A DNA stretch of 37,528 nt from Rhodothermia bacterium (GCA_018679295.1 JAHHLP010000450.1:1-37528); one strand, 5' to 3'; positions 8,261 to 17,922 are shown, counted from the first letter of the stretch. Notes: generated from the letters alone by a model not told the origin. Numbers and translations are program-made.

Positions 8261-9808
8261 CTAGAACGGAGCGTCTACTGGCGGAAGTGCCTGAGGTCCG
8301 TCATCGTCGTCGCCGGCCTCGAGTTGCTGTGCCGGCCCTGCGTAATACGTTGTGAGGTTCTCGAAGCGCGCGTGCTGGTGGACGAACGCGAGTCGCACAT
8401 CGCCCACCGGGCCGTTGCGTTGCTTGCCGATGATGATTTCTGCCAGGCCTTCCGTTGAGTTGCCGTGTTCGTCGACCGTGATGCCGTACCGCTCGGCCCG
8501 GTAGATGAACGCAACCACGTCTGCGTCCTGTTCGATCGATCCGGATTCGCGCAGGTCCGAGAGCTGGGGCCGGCGATCGCCACCTCTTGTTTCGACGGCC
8601 CGGCTCAGCTGCGACAACGCGATCACTGGTACGTTGATTTCCTTCGCCAGTGATTTGAGGGATCGTGAGATCTGCGCGATCTCCTGCTCCCGGTTGGCAT
8701 TTCGGACAGCTGCTGTGCCGTGCATGAGCTGCAGGTAATCGACGACGACCAGCCCGATGTCGTGCTCCGCCTTGAGCCGTCGGGCCTTGGCGCGAAGCTC
8801 GAGGATCGAGAGCCCGGGGGTATCATCGATGAAGACCGGGGCGGCCGAGAGTCGTCCCGCGGCGCGCGCAAGCTTCGGCCAGTCGTCGTCGCTGAGGCGT
8901 CCGGTCCGTGCGGCCTGCGCGTCTACGCGCGCTTCCGAGGTGAGCAGGCGCTGTGCGAGCTGCCCGGCGCTCATCTCCAGCGAGAAGATGGCGACGCCTA
9001 TCGGCTCCTTCGGATGCAGCGCGGCGTTGCGGCCCATGGCAAGGGCAAAGGCAGTCTTACCCATCGAGGGACGCGCCGCAATAATGATGAGATCCGACTT
9101 CTGCCATCCACCCGTAAGCGCGTCAAGCGCACGAAAGCCGGTCGGCACGCCCGTGATCCCGCTCTCTCGCCCATGTATCGCCTCAAGGTTGGACAGCGTC
9201 TCCTTGAGGACGTCATTCATCGACGTGGCCGCCCGGCGCAACTGCGTGTCCGAGATCTTAAAGATGTCGGATTCTACCTGGTCCAGCAACTCGAAGGCAT
9301 CAGCGGACGGGTCGTAGGCGTCGCCCACGTGGTCCGTCATCGTCTCGATAAGCTTGCGAAGCAGCGACTTTTCGGTGATGATCCGAGCGTGATATTCAAC
9401 GTTCGCCGCTGACGCCACATGCTCAGTGAGCTCAGTGACGTATGCGTCGCCACCTACCTGTTTCAGCGAGCCCTGGCGACGCAGCTCCTGGCCGACGGTG
9501 ATGATGTCGGCGGGATCACCGCGCTCAAAGAGGGCAACGATGGCGTCGTAGATTCGCTGGTGTTGGCTGGTGTAGAAGGCGTCCGGCGGCAGAATCTCTA
9601 TGACCCGCGGAATAGCCTCCTTCTCGATGAGCATGGCTCCGAGTACGGCGCGTTCGATTTCGACGGCCTGCGGGGGAATGCGTCCACCCCGAATCGGACC
9701 GGCCGACATGGCCGTGCCTCCGTTTCTTGCGCGACGCGGCGTTGCCGCAAGCACAGGTGGAGACTCGTCCTCGAGGCGGATTCTGCCTTGGTCTTCGTGA
9801 TCAGCCAT
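8261..9808 (-). CDS. dnaB: Replicative DNA helicase DnaB
   Basis: N-terminal domain PPQAVEIERAVLGAMLIEKEA, Walker A ARPSMGKTAFAL, Walker B LVVVDYLQLM, and SQLSRAVETR, ESGSIEQDADVV, IIGKQRNGP. The ATG at 9808 overlaps the upstream udg stop by 8 nt. An alternative ATG is at 9709. Confidence 0.95.
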   Translation of the reverse strand: MADHEDQGRIRLEDESPPVLAATPRRARNGGTAMSAGPIRGGRIPPQAVEIERAVLGAMLIEKEAIPRVIEILPPDAFYTSQHQRIYDAIVALFERGDPADIITVGQELRRQGSLKQVGGDAYVTELTEHVASAANVEYHARIITEKSLLRKLIETMTDHVGDAYDPSADAFELLDQVESDIFKISDTQLRRAATSMNDVLKETLSNLEAIHGRESGITGVPTGFRALDALTGGWQKSDLIIIAARPSMGKTAFALAMGRNAALHPKEPIGVAIFSLEMSAGQLAQRLLTSEARVDAQAARTGRLSDDDWPKLARAAGRLSAAPVFIDDTPGLSILELRAKARRLKAEHDIGLVVVDYLQLMHGTAAVRNANREQEIAQISRSLKSLAKEINVPVIALSQLSRAVETRGGDRRPQLSDLRESGSIEQDADVVAFIYRAERYGITVDEHGNSTEGLAEIIIGKQRNGPVGDVRLAFVHQHARFENLTTYYAGPAQQLEAGDDDDGPQALPPVDAPF

Positions 9809-10709
9809 TGGCGCTTTCGGGGCGACTCGCGCCGTTGGTCAGCTTGTCGAACATCGCCCGCAGCTTCTGAACATCCTCCCAGGTCGGTCGCTTCCAGTGC
9901 GGGTTTCGGAGCAGCGCTGCCGGGTGATATGTGACCATGACGGGGATGCCATGGTAGTCGTGGAAGGTGCCGCGAAGCGACTTCAGTGATCCCTTCCGGC
10001 CGAGCAGCGAGTTTCCGGCCGTCTTGCCTACGCACAGGATAATTCTCGGGCGAATGATAGAGATCTGCTTGTGGAGGATTGGGATGTGGGCCTCGATCTC
10101 TGCGGGCAGGGGATCCCGATTGTTGGGAGGACGGCTCTTCAGGATGTTGGCGATATAGACGTCGCTTCGCGCGAATCCGATGGCTTCAAGAATCTGGTTG
10201 AGAAGCTGGCCGGCGCGACCGACGAATGGTTCTCCCTGGCGGTCCTCTTCTGCCCCCGGCGCCTCGCCGATGACCATGAGGTCGGCCTTCGGATCGCCCA
10301 CTCCGAACACCGGGTTGAGGCGCGCTTCGTCGAGCGGGATCAACACCGATTCGGCCACCCAGACCTCGACTTCCGCCAGCGACCTGAGCGAATGAAGCGG
10401 TGAGTCGTCGGGGATGAGTGCCTCAAACCGTTCCGCAGCTGTGGTTACCGAAGATTGCATGACCGATGTTGGCTTCGCCTCTATCGGCGTGGGCTTCGAT
10501 TGTCTTGCAGGCCCCGACTGTGCTTCAGGCTCCGACTGTGTTGAAGGCGTCAACTGTGTTTCAGGCATCAGCTGTGTTGCAGGCTCCGGATCAAGCACTT
10601 TTGATTTCGGGCCATCCATAACTACGTGTGGGCCGCCCAGCATGATCTCGTGCTCAATTGCGCTCCGGATCTGGTGCAAGAAAATGCGTGGTGGGTGGGT
10701 CTTGTCCAT
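9801..10709 (-). CDS. Family-4-type uracil-DNA glycosylase-like protein with ~120-aa N-terminal low-complexity extension
   Basis: Motifs [40 protein letters not shown] and [12 protein letters not shown] match the UDG family 4 (SPO1 DNA-polymerase-related) pattern. The true start within the N-terminal extension is uncertain. Confidence 0.8.
   Translation of the reverse strand: MDKTHPPRIFLHQIRSAIEHEIMLGGPHVVMDGPKSKVLDPEPATQLMPETQLTPSTQSEPEAQSGPARQSKPTPIEAKPTSVMQSSVTTAAERFEALIPDDSPLHSLRSLAEVEVWVAESVLIPLDEARLNPVFGVGDPKADLMVIGEAPGAEEDRQGEPFVGRAGQLLNQILEAIGFARSDVYIANILKSRPPNNRDPLPAEIEAHIPILHKQISIIRPRIILCVGKTAGNSLLGRKGSLKSLRGTFHDYHGIPVMVTYHPAALLRNPHWKRPTWEDVQKLRAMFDKLTNGASRPESANG
10498..10587. repeat. 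Five imperfect tandem 18-bp repeats (consensus on the plus strand about GACTGTGTTKCAGGCYCC)
   Basis: Units at 10498, 10516, 10534, 10552 and 10570. On the minus strand they encode in-frame hexapeptide repeats ([30 protein letters not shown]) inside the UDG N-terminal extension. Confidence 0.8.
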
Positions 10710-10818
10710 CAGTCTGCTCGCGCGTATGCGCGCTTTCAGGGGGGACTGCCAAACTACCGTTCGGGCGCGCGCGACTCAACAACATTCATTCAACTCACAC
10801 GTGAAGTTGCTCACAGGA

Positions 10819-10827
10819 TTATCCACA
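10819..10827 (+). promoter_or_regulatory. Perfect consensus DnaA box TTATCCACA upstream of the udg-dnaB operon
   Basis: Exact 9-mer in the 295-bp gap between the udg start (10709) and the coaBC stop (11005). Any function is inferred only. Confidence 0.35.
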
Positions 10828-11004
10828 CTTAAGGCCTGCACCTGTGGGTTAGCGTTGATGAATCGTCAGTGCGAGGGCTAGGTGGAGAACAAGTGGCCCG
10901 GGTGAAACTCAGTAGTAGTCACGTTTGCGAGATGAACCGTCAACAGAGACGGGCCGGTACGATGAGCTTACGCGTGGGTTAGCGGCCTGTTCTGAGCCTT
11001 TGCT

Positions 11005-12234
11005 TTACTCTGACGGAGTGGCTTCCGCCACCATCATTGTTTCCACGCGCTGCAAAATCACCCGCCCGACGTCGAGCTTGGACATCTTCCCCAACGCCTC
11101 TTCCGTGCCGTTTCGATACAGAAGGGTTACGCGGTTCGTCTCGTGCCCGAAGGCCGCCCCTTCGTCCAGCGGGTTATTCAGGACGATCAAGTCCAGGTTC
11201 TTGCTCTTGAGTTTTACGCGGGCGTTGGCAAGGCCGTCCCTCGTCTCGAGTGCAAAACCTACCAGCACCTGGCCACTTCGACGGCTCTTGCCGAGTTCTT
11301 GCAGGATGTCGGTCGTCCTTTTGAGCCGCAGGTGTACCTGCTCTTCCGACTTCTTGAGCTTGTGGTCCGCCGGCTCAGCCGGCGTGTAGTCGGCCACGGC
11401 CGCCGTCATGACGACGATGTCCGCATTTCGATGTTGATCGACAGCGGCGAACATCTCGCCAGCCGTGGTGACGTCGATTCTTTCGATCCCTTTAGGGGTT
11501 TCCAACCGCGTGGGCCCGGTAACGAGGATTGTTTTCGCACCCCGGTCTGCGGCTACCTCGGCCACAGCAAAACCCATACGTCCCGACGAGTGGTTGGAGA
11601 TGAATCGTACGGGGTCGATAGGTTCACGCGTCGGGCCTGCGGTGACAAGCACGGTTCGTCCTGCCAGCGGTCCGTTCTTCTCGACCCCCGCAAGCTCTCG
11701 ACTGATCCGACTAACGATCGATGCAGGGTCCGGCAGCCGTCCATGTCCGATCAGCCCGCTCGCCAGCTCGCCGTGCTCGGGCGCCATGATACGATAGCCG
11801 TAGCTCTCGAGGATTTCGAGATTGCGCTGCGTAGCCGGGTGGATGAACATGTCGTGGTCCATAGCCGGACAGACCAGCAGCGGGCACCGCGCTGCAAGCG
11901 CCGTCGCGGTCAACATAGAGTCGCTCATCCCGTGAGCCAGCTTCGCGATGGTCTGAGCCGTCGCCGGAGCAATCACGAACAGGTCGGCCCAGAGACCGAG
12001 GTTTACGTGCTTCGTCCAGCTACCGGATTCGTTCTCCGGGAAGATCTCGCTCAGGATTTCCCTCTCCGACAGCGTGCCGAGCGTCAACGGTGTTATGAAG
12101 CGCGCTGCATCTGATGTCATCAACACCTGTACCTCGGCGCCAGACTTTTTCAGGAGCCGCACGAGTTCGGCAGACTTGTAGGCCGCGATGCCGCCGGTGA
12201 CTCCGAGGATGATATGCTTGCCGCCGAGGCTCAT
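11005..12234 (-). CDS. coaBC: Bifunctional phosphopantothenoylcysteine decarboxylase / phosphopantothenate-cysteine ligase
   Basis: 409 aa. N-terminal flavoprotein domain ILGVTGGIAAYKS and PAMDHDMF. C-terminal CoaB domain VLVTAGPTREPIDPVRFISNHSSGRMG and AAVADY. Confidence 0.95.
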   Translation of the reverse strand: MSLGGKHIILGVTGGIAAYKSAELVRLLKKSGAEVQVLMTSDAARFITPLTLGTLSEREILSEIFPENESGSWTKHVNLGLWADLFVIAPATAQTIAKLAHGMSDSMLTATALAARCPLLVCPAMDHDMFIHPATQRNLEILESYGYRIMAPEHGELASGLIGHGRLPDPASIVSRISRELAGVEKNGPLAGRTVLVTAGPTREPIDPVRFISNHSSGRMGFAVAEVAADRGAKTILVTGPTRLETPKGIERIDVTTAGEMFAAVDQHRNADIVVMTAAVADYTPAEPADHKLKKSEEQVHLRLKRTTDILQELGKSRRSGQVLVGFALETRDGLANARVKLKSKNLDLIVLNNPLDEGAAFGHETNRVTLLYRNGTEEALGKMSKLDVGRVILQRVETMMVAEATPSE

Positions 12235-12312
12235 GATTAACCTGTTGCAGGCTTGTGATCGCGTGTCTTATCCGCCATCGTGAAAGTTCGGGAGTCGAAG
12301 CTCCGTAGCTCG

Positions 12313-12987
12313 CTATTTGGATTCCGGATCCTCGCCAGCCGCTGCAGACGCCCTGTCCGCACGGCTCGGTAATCCGCTTTCCGGCGAGGGTGCTTGCAGA
12401 AACGATCGGACAAGTTCGAGTGTTTCGTTAGCCGCGCGCTCCAGATCGTCGTTTATGACGACCGCATCAAAGGTGTCTACGTACTTGATTTCATGGCGAG
12501 CCCTATCCATCCTTTCCCGAAAGGAATCGTCGTCCTCGCTTCCCCGCGCTCTCAGGCGCCTCTCCAGCTCCTCCATTGAGGGAGGGCTCACAAACACCAC
12601 GAAACTCTCCACCGGGAATGCTCTCTTCACGTTCGCGGCCCCTTTTACCTCGACATCCAGCAACACGGGCCCGCTCTGCGCACTGCGTTCGACTTCGGAA
12701 CGAAGCGTTCCGTAAAACCGCCCGGGATACACCTCCTCATATTCAAGAAGGTCACCGGCTTGCCTGAGGCGCTCAAACTCGGCCGTGCTGACGAAGTGAT
12801 AGTCAACGCCGTCACGCTCGTGCGGCCTTCGCCTCCGGGTAGTTGCCGACACGGAAAAACTCAGTCCCGGGATCCATTCAAGGAGCCGCCGAGCAATGGA
12901 GGTCTTCCCGGAACCGCTTGGGGCCGTGAGCACGACTATTTTGCGGCCGGTATCGGAGGAGCTATTGGACGTTGTCGACTTGCTCAC
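12313..12987 (-). CDS. gmk: Guanylate kinase
   Basis: P-loop LTAPSGSGKTS, plus SVSATTRRRRPHERDGVDYHFV and YEEVYPGRFYGT. The ORF start overlaps the yicC 3' end by 26 nt. Confidence 0.9.
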   Translation of the reverse strand: MSKSTTSNSSSDTGRKIVVLTAPSGSGKTSIARRLLEWIPGLSFSVSATTRRRRPHERDGVDYHFVSTAEFERLRQAGDLLEYEEVYPGRFYGTLRSEVERSAQSGPVLLDVEVKGAANVKRAFPVESFVVFVSPPSMEELERRLRARGSEDDDSFRERMDRARHEIKYVDTFDAVVINDDLERAANETLELVRSFLQAPSPESGLPSRADRASAAAGEDPESK

Positions 12988-13843
12988 GGATTTTTTCGTG
13001 CTCTTCCTTCATGCTGACAACGATGTGGGCCAGCTCAGAGTCGTTTGATTTCGAGCCGATGGTGTTGATTTCGCGGTTGATCTCCTGGGCGATGAAGTTG
13101 AGTTTCCGGCCAATGGGCTCGTCCGTCTGAAGCGCCTCACGGAAGAGTTCGATGTGCGAGGCAAGCCGAACGGCTTCTTCGTTGACATCAAGCTTGTCCG
13201 CCAGCAACGCGATCTCGAATTCAAGACGATCGGCGTCCACCCGCTGTTCATCGACGAGTTCAGTGATACGCTCCGTCAATCGCGTCCGGGCGTCGGCGAC
13301 GCGCTGGGGCGCCCGCTCGTTTACGGCAGCGAGGTGTTCCTCGATGGCGTCAAGCCGCTGATGAAGATCGGCGAGAAGAGCCTCTCCCTCTCGCAGGCGC
13401 ATTGCCGCCAACTCACTTATCGCTGCCTCCGTCGCCGATCGGACAAGCGGCCACTCCTGTTCCGGGTCGATTCCGGTCGACTCGTTGCGTTCGATCACCT
13501 CGGGATAGCGAAGAAGGTGTTCGAGCCGAACGGCGCTGTCGAGTTCGAGTTCGTCCGACAACGTTTTGAGGGCATCCCGATACATGACCGCTGCCGGCCG
13601 GTTCACCTCGATCCTCGCATCCATTCCGGACGTCTGGTCGATCTGGACGTGAACCGAGATACGGCCTCTGGGGATGGCCTGCTTGACAAGATTCTGGATC
13701 TCGATTTCGTGCTCGGAAATGCTTCGGGGTCCCCGCACCGAGACCTCACAAAAGCGGCTGTTGACCGACTTGATCTCGACCGTGATGGACAATCGGTCGG
13801 ATTCGAGGTTGCCGCGGCCGAAGCCGGTCATACTTGATATCAT
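12962..13843 (-). CDS. yicC: YicC-family stress-induced protein
   Basis: N-terminus MISSMTGFGRG...IKSVNSRF and C-terminus GRKLNFIAQEINREINTIGSKSND..IVV.MK.E.EKIREQVDNV are hallmarks of the YicC family (TIGR00255-like). Confidence 0.9.
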   Translation of the reverse strand: MISSMTGFGRGNLESDRLSITVEIKSVNSRFCEVSVRGPRSISEHEIEIQNLVKQAIPRGRISVHVQIDQTSGMDARIEVNRPAAVMYRDALKTLSDELELDSAVRLEHLLRYPEVIERNESTGIDPEQEWPLVRSATEAAISELAAMRLREGEALLADLHQRLDAIEEHLAAVNERAPQRVADARTRLTERITELVDEQRVDADRLEFEIALLADKLDVNEEAVRLASHIELFREALQTDEPIGRKLNFIAQEINREINTIGSKSNDSELAHIVVSMKEEHEKIREQVDNVQ

Positions 13844-13923
13844 CTGGCGTTGAGACCCGTGAGGTTGGAATGCCGGTCAGTCGCCGGCGAGCCACCGGGG
13901 GCGGAGCCCCGGCACTCGCCGCA

Positions 13924-14013
<90 letters not shown>

Positions 14014-14084
14014 GGCGAAATTGAATATGGGCGACGCGGCCGAAAGTTGCTGACAATATCCTGTTGAGATCGGCGATCGGCCGA

Positions 14085-14654
14085 TCAGACCTCCATGATC
14101 TCCGCTTCCTTGCGGTCAAGGTAGGCGTCGATCTTCTCAACATGCTTGTCGGTGAGTTCCTGCAGCTTTTCTTCAGCCTCAAACCGCATGTCTTCCTGCA
14201 GGTTTTCGGATTCCTGCGTGGTCTTGATGTCGTCCTTGGCGTGCCGCCGGATGTTTCGAACGGCTATTTTCGCGTCTTCACCACGCGCCCGGGCAGTCTT
14301 CACCAGGTCCTTCCTCCGCTCCTCCGAAAGGGGCGGGACCGGAATTCGGATGACGCTTCCGTCGTTGGATGGGTTGAAGCCCATGTTGGAGGACATGATC
14401 GCTTTCTCGATCTCCTGCAGAGCGGACGCGTCCCACGGCTGGATGACGATAAGGTCGGGTTGTGGAGCGCCGACGCTTGCCATCTGGTTTAGGGGCGTCA
14501 GTGTACCATAGTAATCGACCTTGACTTGCTCCAGCATCGCGGGTGACGCGCGCCCGGCGCGAATCGTGGTCAGCTCACCGCGCAGGTGCTCGAGCGCCTT
14601 GTCCATGGTCTCCGAGGCTTCCTCAAGAATCAGCTTCAGACTGTCGTCAAGCAT
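14085..14654 (-). CDS. frr: Ribosome recycling factor
   Basis: Starting at ATG 14654 gives 189 aa and removes the overlap with pyrH. Motifs LTTIRAGRASPAMLE, V.YYG..TPLNQ.A, ISSNMGFNPSNDG..IR and VRNIRR. Confidence 0.9.
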   Translation of the reverse strand: MLDDSLKLILEEASETMDKALEHLRGELTTIRAGRASPAMLEQVKVDYYGTLTPLNQMASVGAPQPDLIVIQPWDASALQEIEKAIMSSNMGFNPSNDGSVIRIPVPPLSEERRKDLVKTARARGEDAKIAVRNIRRHAKDDIKTTQESENLQEDMRFEAEEKLQELTDKHVEKIDAYLDRKEAEIMEV

Positions 14655-14679
14655 ATTGTCAGAAAGATGTTGTAATGGA

Positions 14680-15453
14680 TCAAGCTGTTGCGGCGTCTGC
14701 GCGTCGGGGCGGATCATCCGTCCAATGGACCAGAGTGCCCACGCTTTCTCCGCTGACTACGCGCTTCAGGTTGCCTGGCACGTTCATGTTGAACACGATG
14801 ATGGGCATGTCTGACTCGCGACAGAGAGTGAACGCCGTCATGTCCATCACTTTAAGGTCTCTCGAGATGACCTCGTTCCCGTGTATCGTAGTGAAACGTT
14901 GTGCGTTCGGGTCCTTTTCGGGGTCGGTAGTAAACACTCCATCTACGCGCGTGCCCTTGAGGATCACGTCAGCGTCGATTTCGAGGGCCCGAAGTGCGGC
15001 TGCTGTATCGGTGGTGAAGTACGGATTGCCGGTTCCGGCACCGAAAATGACGACGCGCCGCTTCTCGAGATGCCGCATGGCGCGTCGCCGAATGAAGGGC
15101 TCCGCGATTTGCTCCATCTTGATGCTCGACTGCAGGCGAGTGTAGACCCCGGCCTGCTCCAACGCGTCCTGAAGAGCCATCGCGTTGATCATGGTTGCCA
15201 GCATGCCCATGTAGTCGGCGTGGGCGCGCGTCATCCCATTCGACGCGTTGTTGACTCCTCTGAAGATGTTGCCGCCACCGATCACGATTGCGACCTCTAC
15301 GCCGGCATCAACTACGCTCTTGATCTCCCCCGCGTACTCGTTCAGGATCTTCTCATCGATTCCGAAGCTCTTCTCGCCCAGGAGGGCTTCGCCACTCAAC
15401 TTCAGCAGGACTCTCTTGTAATGCAACGCGAGGTTGTTCCCCGTATCCGACAT
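14680..15453 (-). CDS. pyrH: UMP kinase
   Basis: Starting at ATG 15453 gives 257 aa. Motifs [56 protein letters not shown] and MD.TA..LC. Confidence 0.9.
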   Translation of the reverse strand: MSDTGNNLALHYKRVLLKLSGEALLGEKSFGIDEKILNEYAGEIKSVVDAGVEVAIVIGGGNIFRGVNNASNGMTRAHADYMGMLATMINAMALQDALEQAGVYTRLQSSIKMEQIAEPFIRRRAMRHLEKRRVVIFGAGTGNPYFTTDTAAALRALEIDADVILKGTRVDGVFTTDPEKDPNAQRFTTIHGNEVISRDLKVMDMTAFTLCRESDMPIIVFNMNVPGNLKRVVSGESVGTLVHWTDDPPRRADAATA

Positions 15454-15588
15454 GTTAACCGACGTGAAAATGCTGGCGAAAGCTAACGAGCCGGGCCTTG
15501 CTTTGCAATTTGGGACCCGGTCCCGGGACGGCACAAAAAAACAGGGCGCCGGATGCCGACGCCCTGCGCGAGGTCCGTGCAAACCCCA

Positions 15589-16419
15589 TTAGTCTCCGAG
15601 AGCAAATCGGACGAAGCCGTTAACCTCAATGTTCGTCTCTTTTAGTAGCTCGCCAACGCTCTTGGACGAATCCTTGACGAACGGCTGCTCGACGAGCACG
15701 TGGTCCTTGAAGTAACGCTCGAGTTTGCCCTGGGCAATGCGGTCCAGGATCTGGTCCGGCTTGCCTTCATTGCGTGCAGCCTCGCGAGCGATCTCCATCT
15801 CCTTCTGCTGGACATCCTCCGGCACCTCGTCGCGAACAGTCGCGACCGGATTGAGCGCCGCGACCTGCATCGCCACGTCCCGACCAACGTCGTCGGTCTT
15901 ACCGTCGCCCGCCACGTCGACTACCACGCCGAGTCGCGAACCAGGATGGATGTACGAGACAGCCTTTCCGGCGTCGCTGGTAACGACCGCCATCCGCCGT
16001 ACGTCAATCTTCTCACCGATCTTACCGGTCATATCCGACACGGCTTGCTCAACGGTCCGGCCATCAGCCAACTTGAGTCGGGATAGCTCTTCGACGTCAG
16101 CCGGCAGGCTGGCGAGCGTCAGATCCGCAATCTCGCCGGCAAAGTCCTGAAAATCGTCGTTGCGCGCCACGAAATCAGTCTCACAGTTCACCTCAACGAG
16201 AACGCTCGTCTTGCCGTTCTCGGACGTCCGGGCGACGATGACGCCTTCCTTTGTTTCGCGATCGGCTCGCTTGGCCGCGACCTTCTGCCCCTTCTTGCGG
16301 AGCAGCTCGATGGCGGCGTCGAAATCACCGCCTGTCTCCTCGAGAGCCTTCTTGCAGTCCATCATACCGACACCGGTAGTGTCCCGCAGTCGTTTTACGT
16401 CCTTCGCTGATATAGCCAT
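15589..16419 (-). CDS. tsf: Translation elongation factor Ts
   Basis: Starting at ATG 16419 gives 276 aa. N-terminal UBA-like segment AKDVKRLRDTTGVGMMDCKKALEETGGDFDAAIELLRKKG, then NCETDFVARND. Confidence 0.9.
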   Translation of the reverse strand: MAISAKDVKRLRDTTGVGMMDCKKALEETGGDFDAAIELLRKKGQKVAAKRADRETKEGVIVARTSENGKTSVLVEVNCETDFVARNDDFQDFAGEIADLTLASLPADVEELSRLKLADGRTVEQAVSDMTGKIGEKIDVRRMAVVTSDAGKAVSYIHPGSRLGVVVDVAGDGKTDDVGRDVAMQVAALNPVATVRDEVPEDVQQKEMEIAREAARNEGKPDQILDRIAQGKLERYFKDHVLVEQPFVKDSSKSVGELLKETNIEVNGFVRFALGD

Positions 16420-16490
16420 TATCTTCGTGTTCAATCTCGTATACCTTGGTCTGGTGGGAACCGGACTCGGGTTCCATGACAAAACGGGTT

Positions 16491-17360
16491 CTATTCGGTC
16501 TCCGCAGACGCTTCTTCGGACTCCGTTTCGGCCATGGTCTTGGTCTCGGCTTCTGCCTCTGCGTCTGCCTCGGCCTTGGCTTTGGCCTGCGCCTCGGCCG
16601 CCTTCTTGTCCTGCTCGATCTTCTCCTTGGCCGCCTTCTCGGTGGCCTTCTTCACCTCACGCTCCTTTGCTCCTTCGGAGATGGCGCGGCTGATGACGCC
16701 GGCCACAAGGTCGATCGACTTGATGGCGTCATCGTTTGCGGGCACGGCAAAATCGACAAGGTCCGGATCGCAATTGGTGTCGACCATGGCGATGATGGGG
16801 ATGTCGAGCTTCTGTGCTTCCTTGACGGCGATGTGTTCGCGATTGATGTCGACCACAAACATGGCACCGGGCAGACGCGCCATGTTGGAGATTCCGCTTA
16901 GGACCTTCTCCAGCTTCTGGCGCTCTCTCGACTTCATCAGCCGCTCTTTCTTTTTGAGCTGATCCATCGTGCCGTCCTCTTCCATCTTGGCGAGGTCCTC
17001 CATACGACGGATGCTTTTGCGGATGGTCTGGAAGTTCGTGAGCGTGCCGCCAAGCCAGCGTTCGACCACGTAGGGCATATCGCACTCCGTGGCGTATTTC
17101 CGCAGGATGTCGCGGCCCTGCTTCTTTGTGCCGACGAACAGGATCGTTTTCCCCTGCGCGGCAAATCGGGTCGCCGCATCGGCCGCCTCATCGAGCATCG
17201 TCTGCGTTTGCGTCAGGTCGATGATGTGGATCCCGTTGCGCTCCATGAACACATAGGAACGCATCTTGGGATTCCAGCGACTGGTCAGGTGGCCGAAGTG
17301 AGTGCCGGCCTTGAGTAGCTCCTCGATCGAGGCGCGACTCGTGTTTTCTTTCGTTTCCAT
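16491..17360 (-). CDS. rpsB: 30S ribosomal protein S2 with ~60-aa Lys/Ala/Glu-rich C-terminal tail
   Basis: LLKAGTHFGH...RWNPKM..YVF..RNGIHIIDL.QT, ILFVGTKKQ, ERWLGGTLTNF. The tail reads ..KAAEAQAKAKAEADAEAEAETK..ESEEASAETE. Confidence 0.95.
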   Translation of the reverse strand: METKENTSRASIEELLKAGTHFGHLTSRWNPKMRSYVFMERNGIHIIDLTQTQTMLDEAADAATRFAAQGKTILFVGTKKQGRDILRKYATECDMPYVVERWLGGTLTNFQTIRKSIRRMEDLAKMEEDGTMDQLKKKERLMKSRERQKLEKVLSGISNMARLPGAMFVVDINREHIAVKEAQKLDIPIIAMVDTNCDPDLVDFAVPANDDAIKSIDLVAGVISRAISEGAKEREVKKATEKAAKEKIEQDKKAAEAQAKAKAEADAEAEAETKTMAETESEEASAETE

Positions 17361-17504
17361 TGTCTTTAGGGTTGTTTCCTCTACAGCCGTCGTATCGATT
17401 GACGCGAGACCGACGTGCGGCCACCCAGCGTCGCGACGGGCTGTATGCGTGATTAAATGACTAGTCAGCCAGGCGGAGTTTCGTGCTCCGATCGACGGAC
17501 GGGC

Positions 17505-17900
17505 CTATCGCTTCGAGAACTGGAAGCGTTTGCGAGCCTTCGGCTGGCCGTACTTCTTGCGCTCGACCATTCTGGGATCGCGCGTAAGCAGATCCGCGTC
17601 GCGCAGAGGCTTGCGTAGCTCTTCGTTATACTCCACGAGCGCCCGCGCGATACCCAACTGGACCGCTTCCGCCTGTCCGGTTAGCCCGCCACCTTTGGCG
17701 TTTACGACTACATCGAACTGGCCGTCTGTTTCGGTAATGCGAAACGGCGCCAGGGCCTGCCGGCGACGAGTCAGGAGCGGGAAGTATTCCTCGACGTTCC
17801 TCTTGTTGACGACGACGTTGCCCTTGCCGGGGCGGAGATATACGCGGGCAACGGACGTCTTACGGCGGCCAACCGCGTAGTATTGAACAGGTGCTACCAT
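17505..17900 (-). CDS. rpsI: 30S ribosomal protein S9
   Basis: 131 aa. [19 protein letters not shown]...VN, GGG.TGQAEA..LGIARAL, and C-terminal [22 protein letters not shown]. Confidence 0.95.
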   Translation of the reverse strand: MVAPVQYYAVGRRKTSVARVYLRPGKGNVVVNKRNVEEYFPLLTRRRQALAPFRITETDGQFDVVVNAKGGGLTGQAEAVQLGIARALVEYNEELRKPLRDADLLTRDPRMVERKKYGQPKARKRFQFSKR

Positions 17901-17922
17901 TCTTCTTGGTTATTCGGTAGAT

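Noticed and set aside
12235-12312. Expected rpoZ between gmk and coaBC, as in the common yicC-gmk-rpoZ-coaBC order.
   Set aside because: The gap is only 78 bp and has no ORF. Absence of a recognisable omega gene at this position is probably a lineage trait, not a finding.
14655-14717. N-terminally extended versions of housekeeping ORFs in the track: frr to 14717, pyrH to 15582, tsf to 16482, rplM to 18411, yceD from 22984, sigma from 18644, cupin from 35288.
   Set aside because: Internal ATGs give proteins that begin at the canonical family N-termini and remove overlaps with neighbouring genes. The extensions are Arg/Pro-rich and non-conserved-looking.
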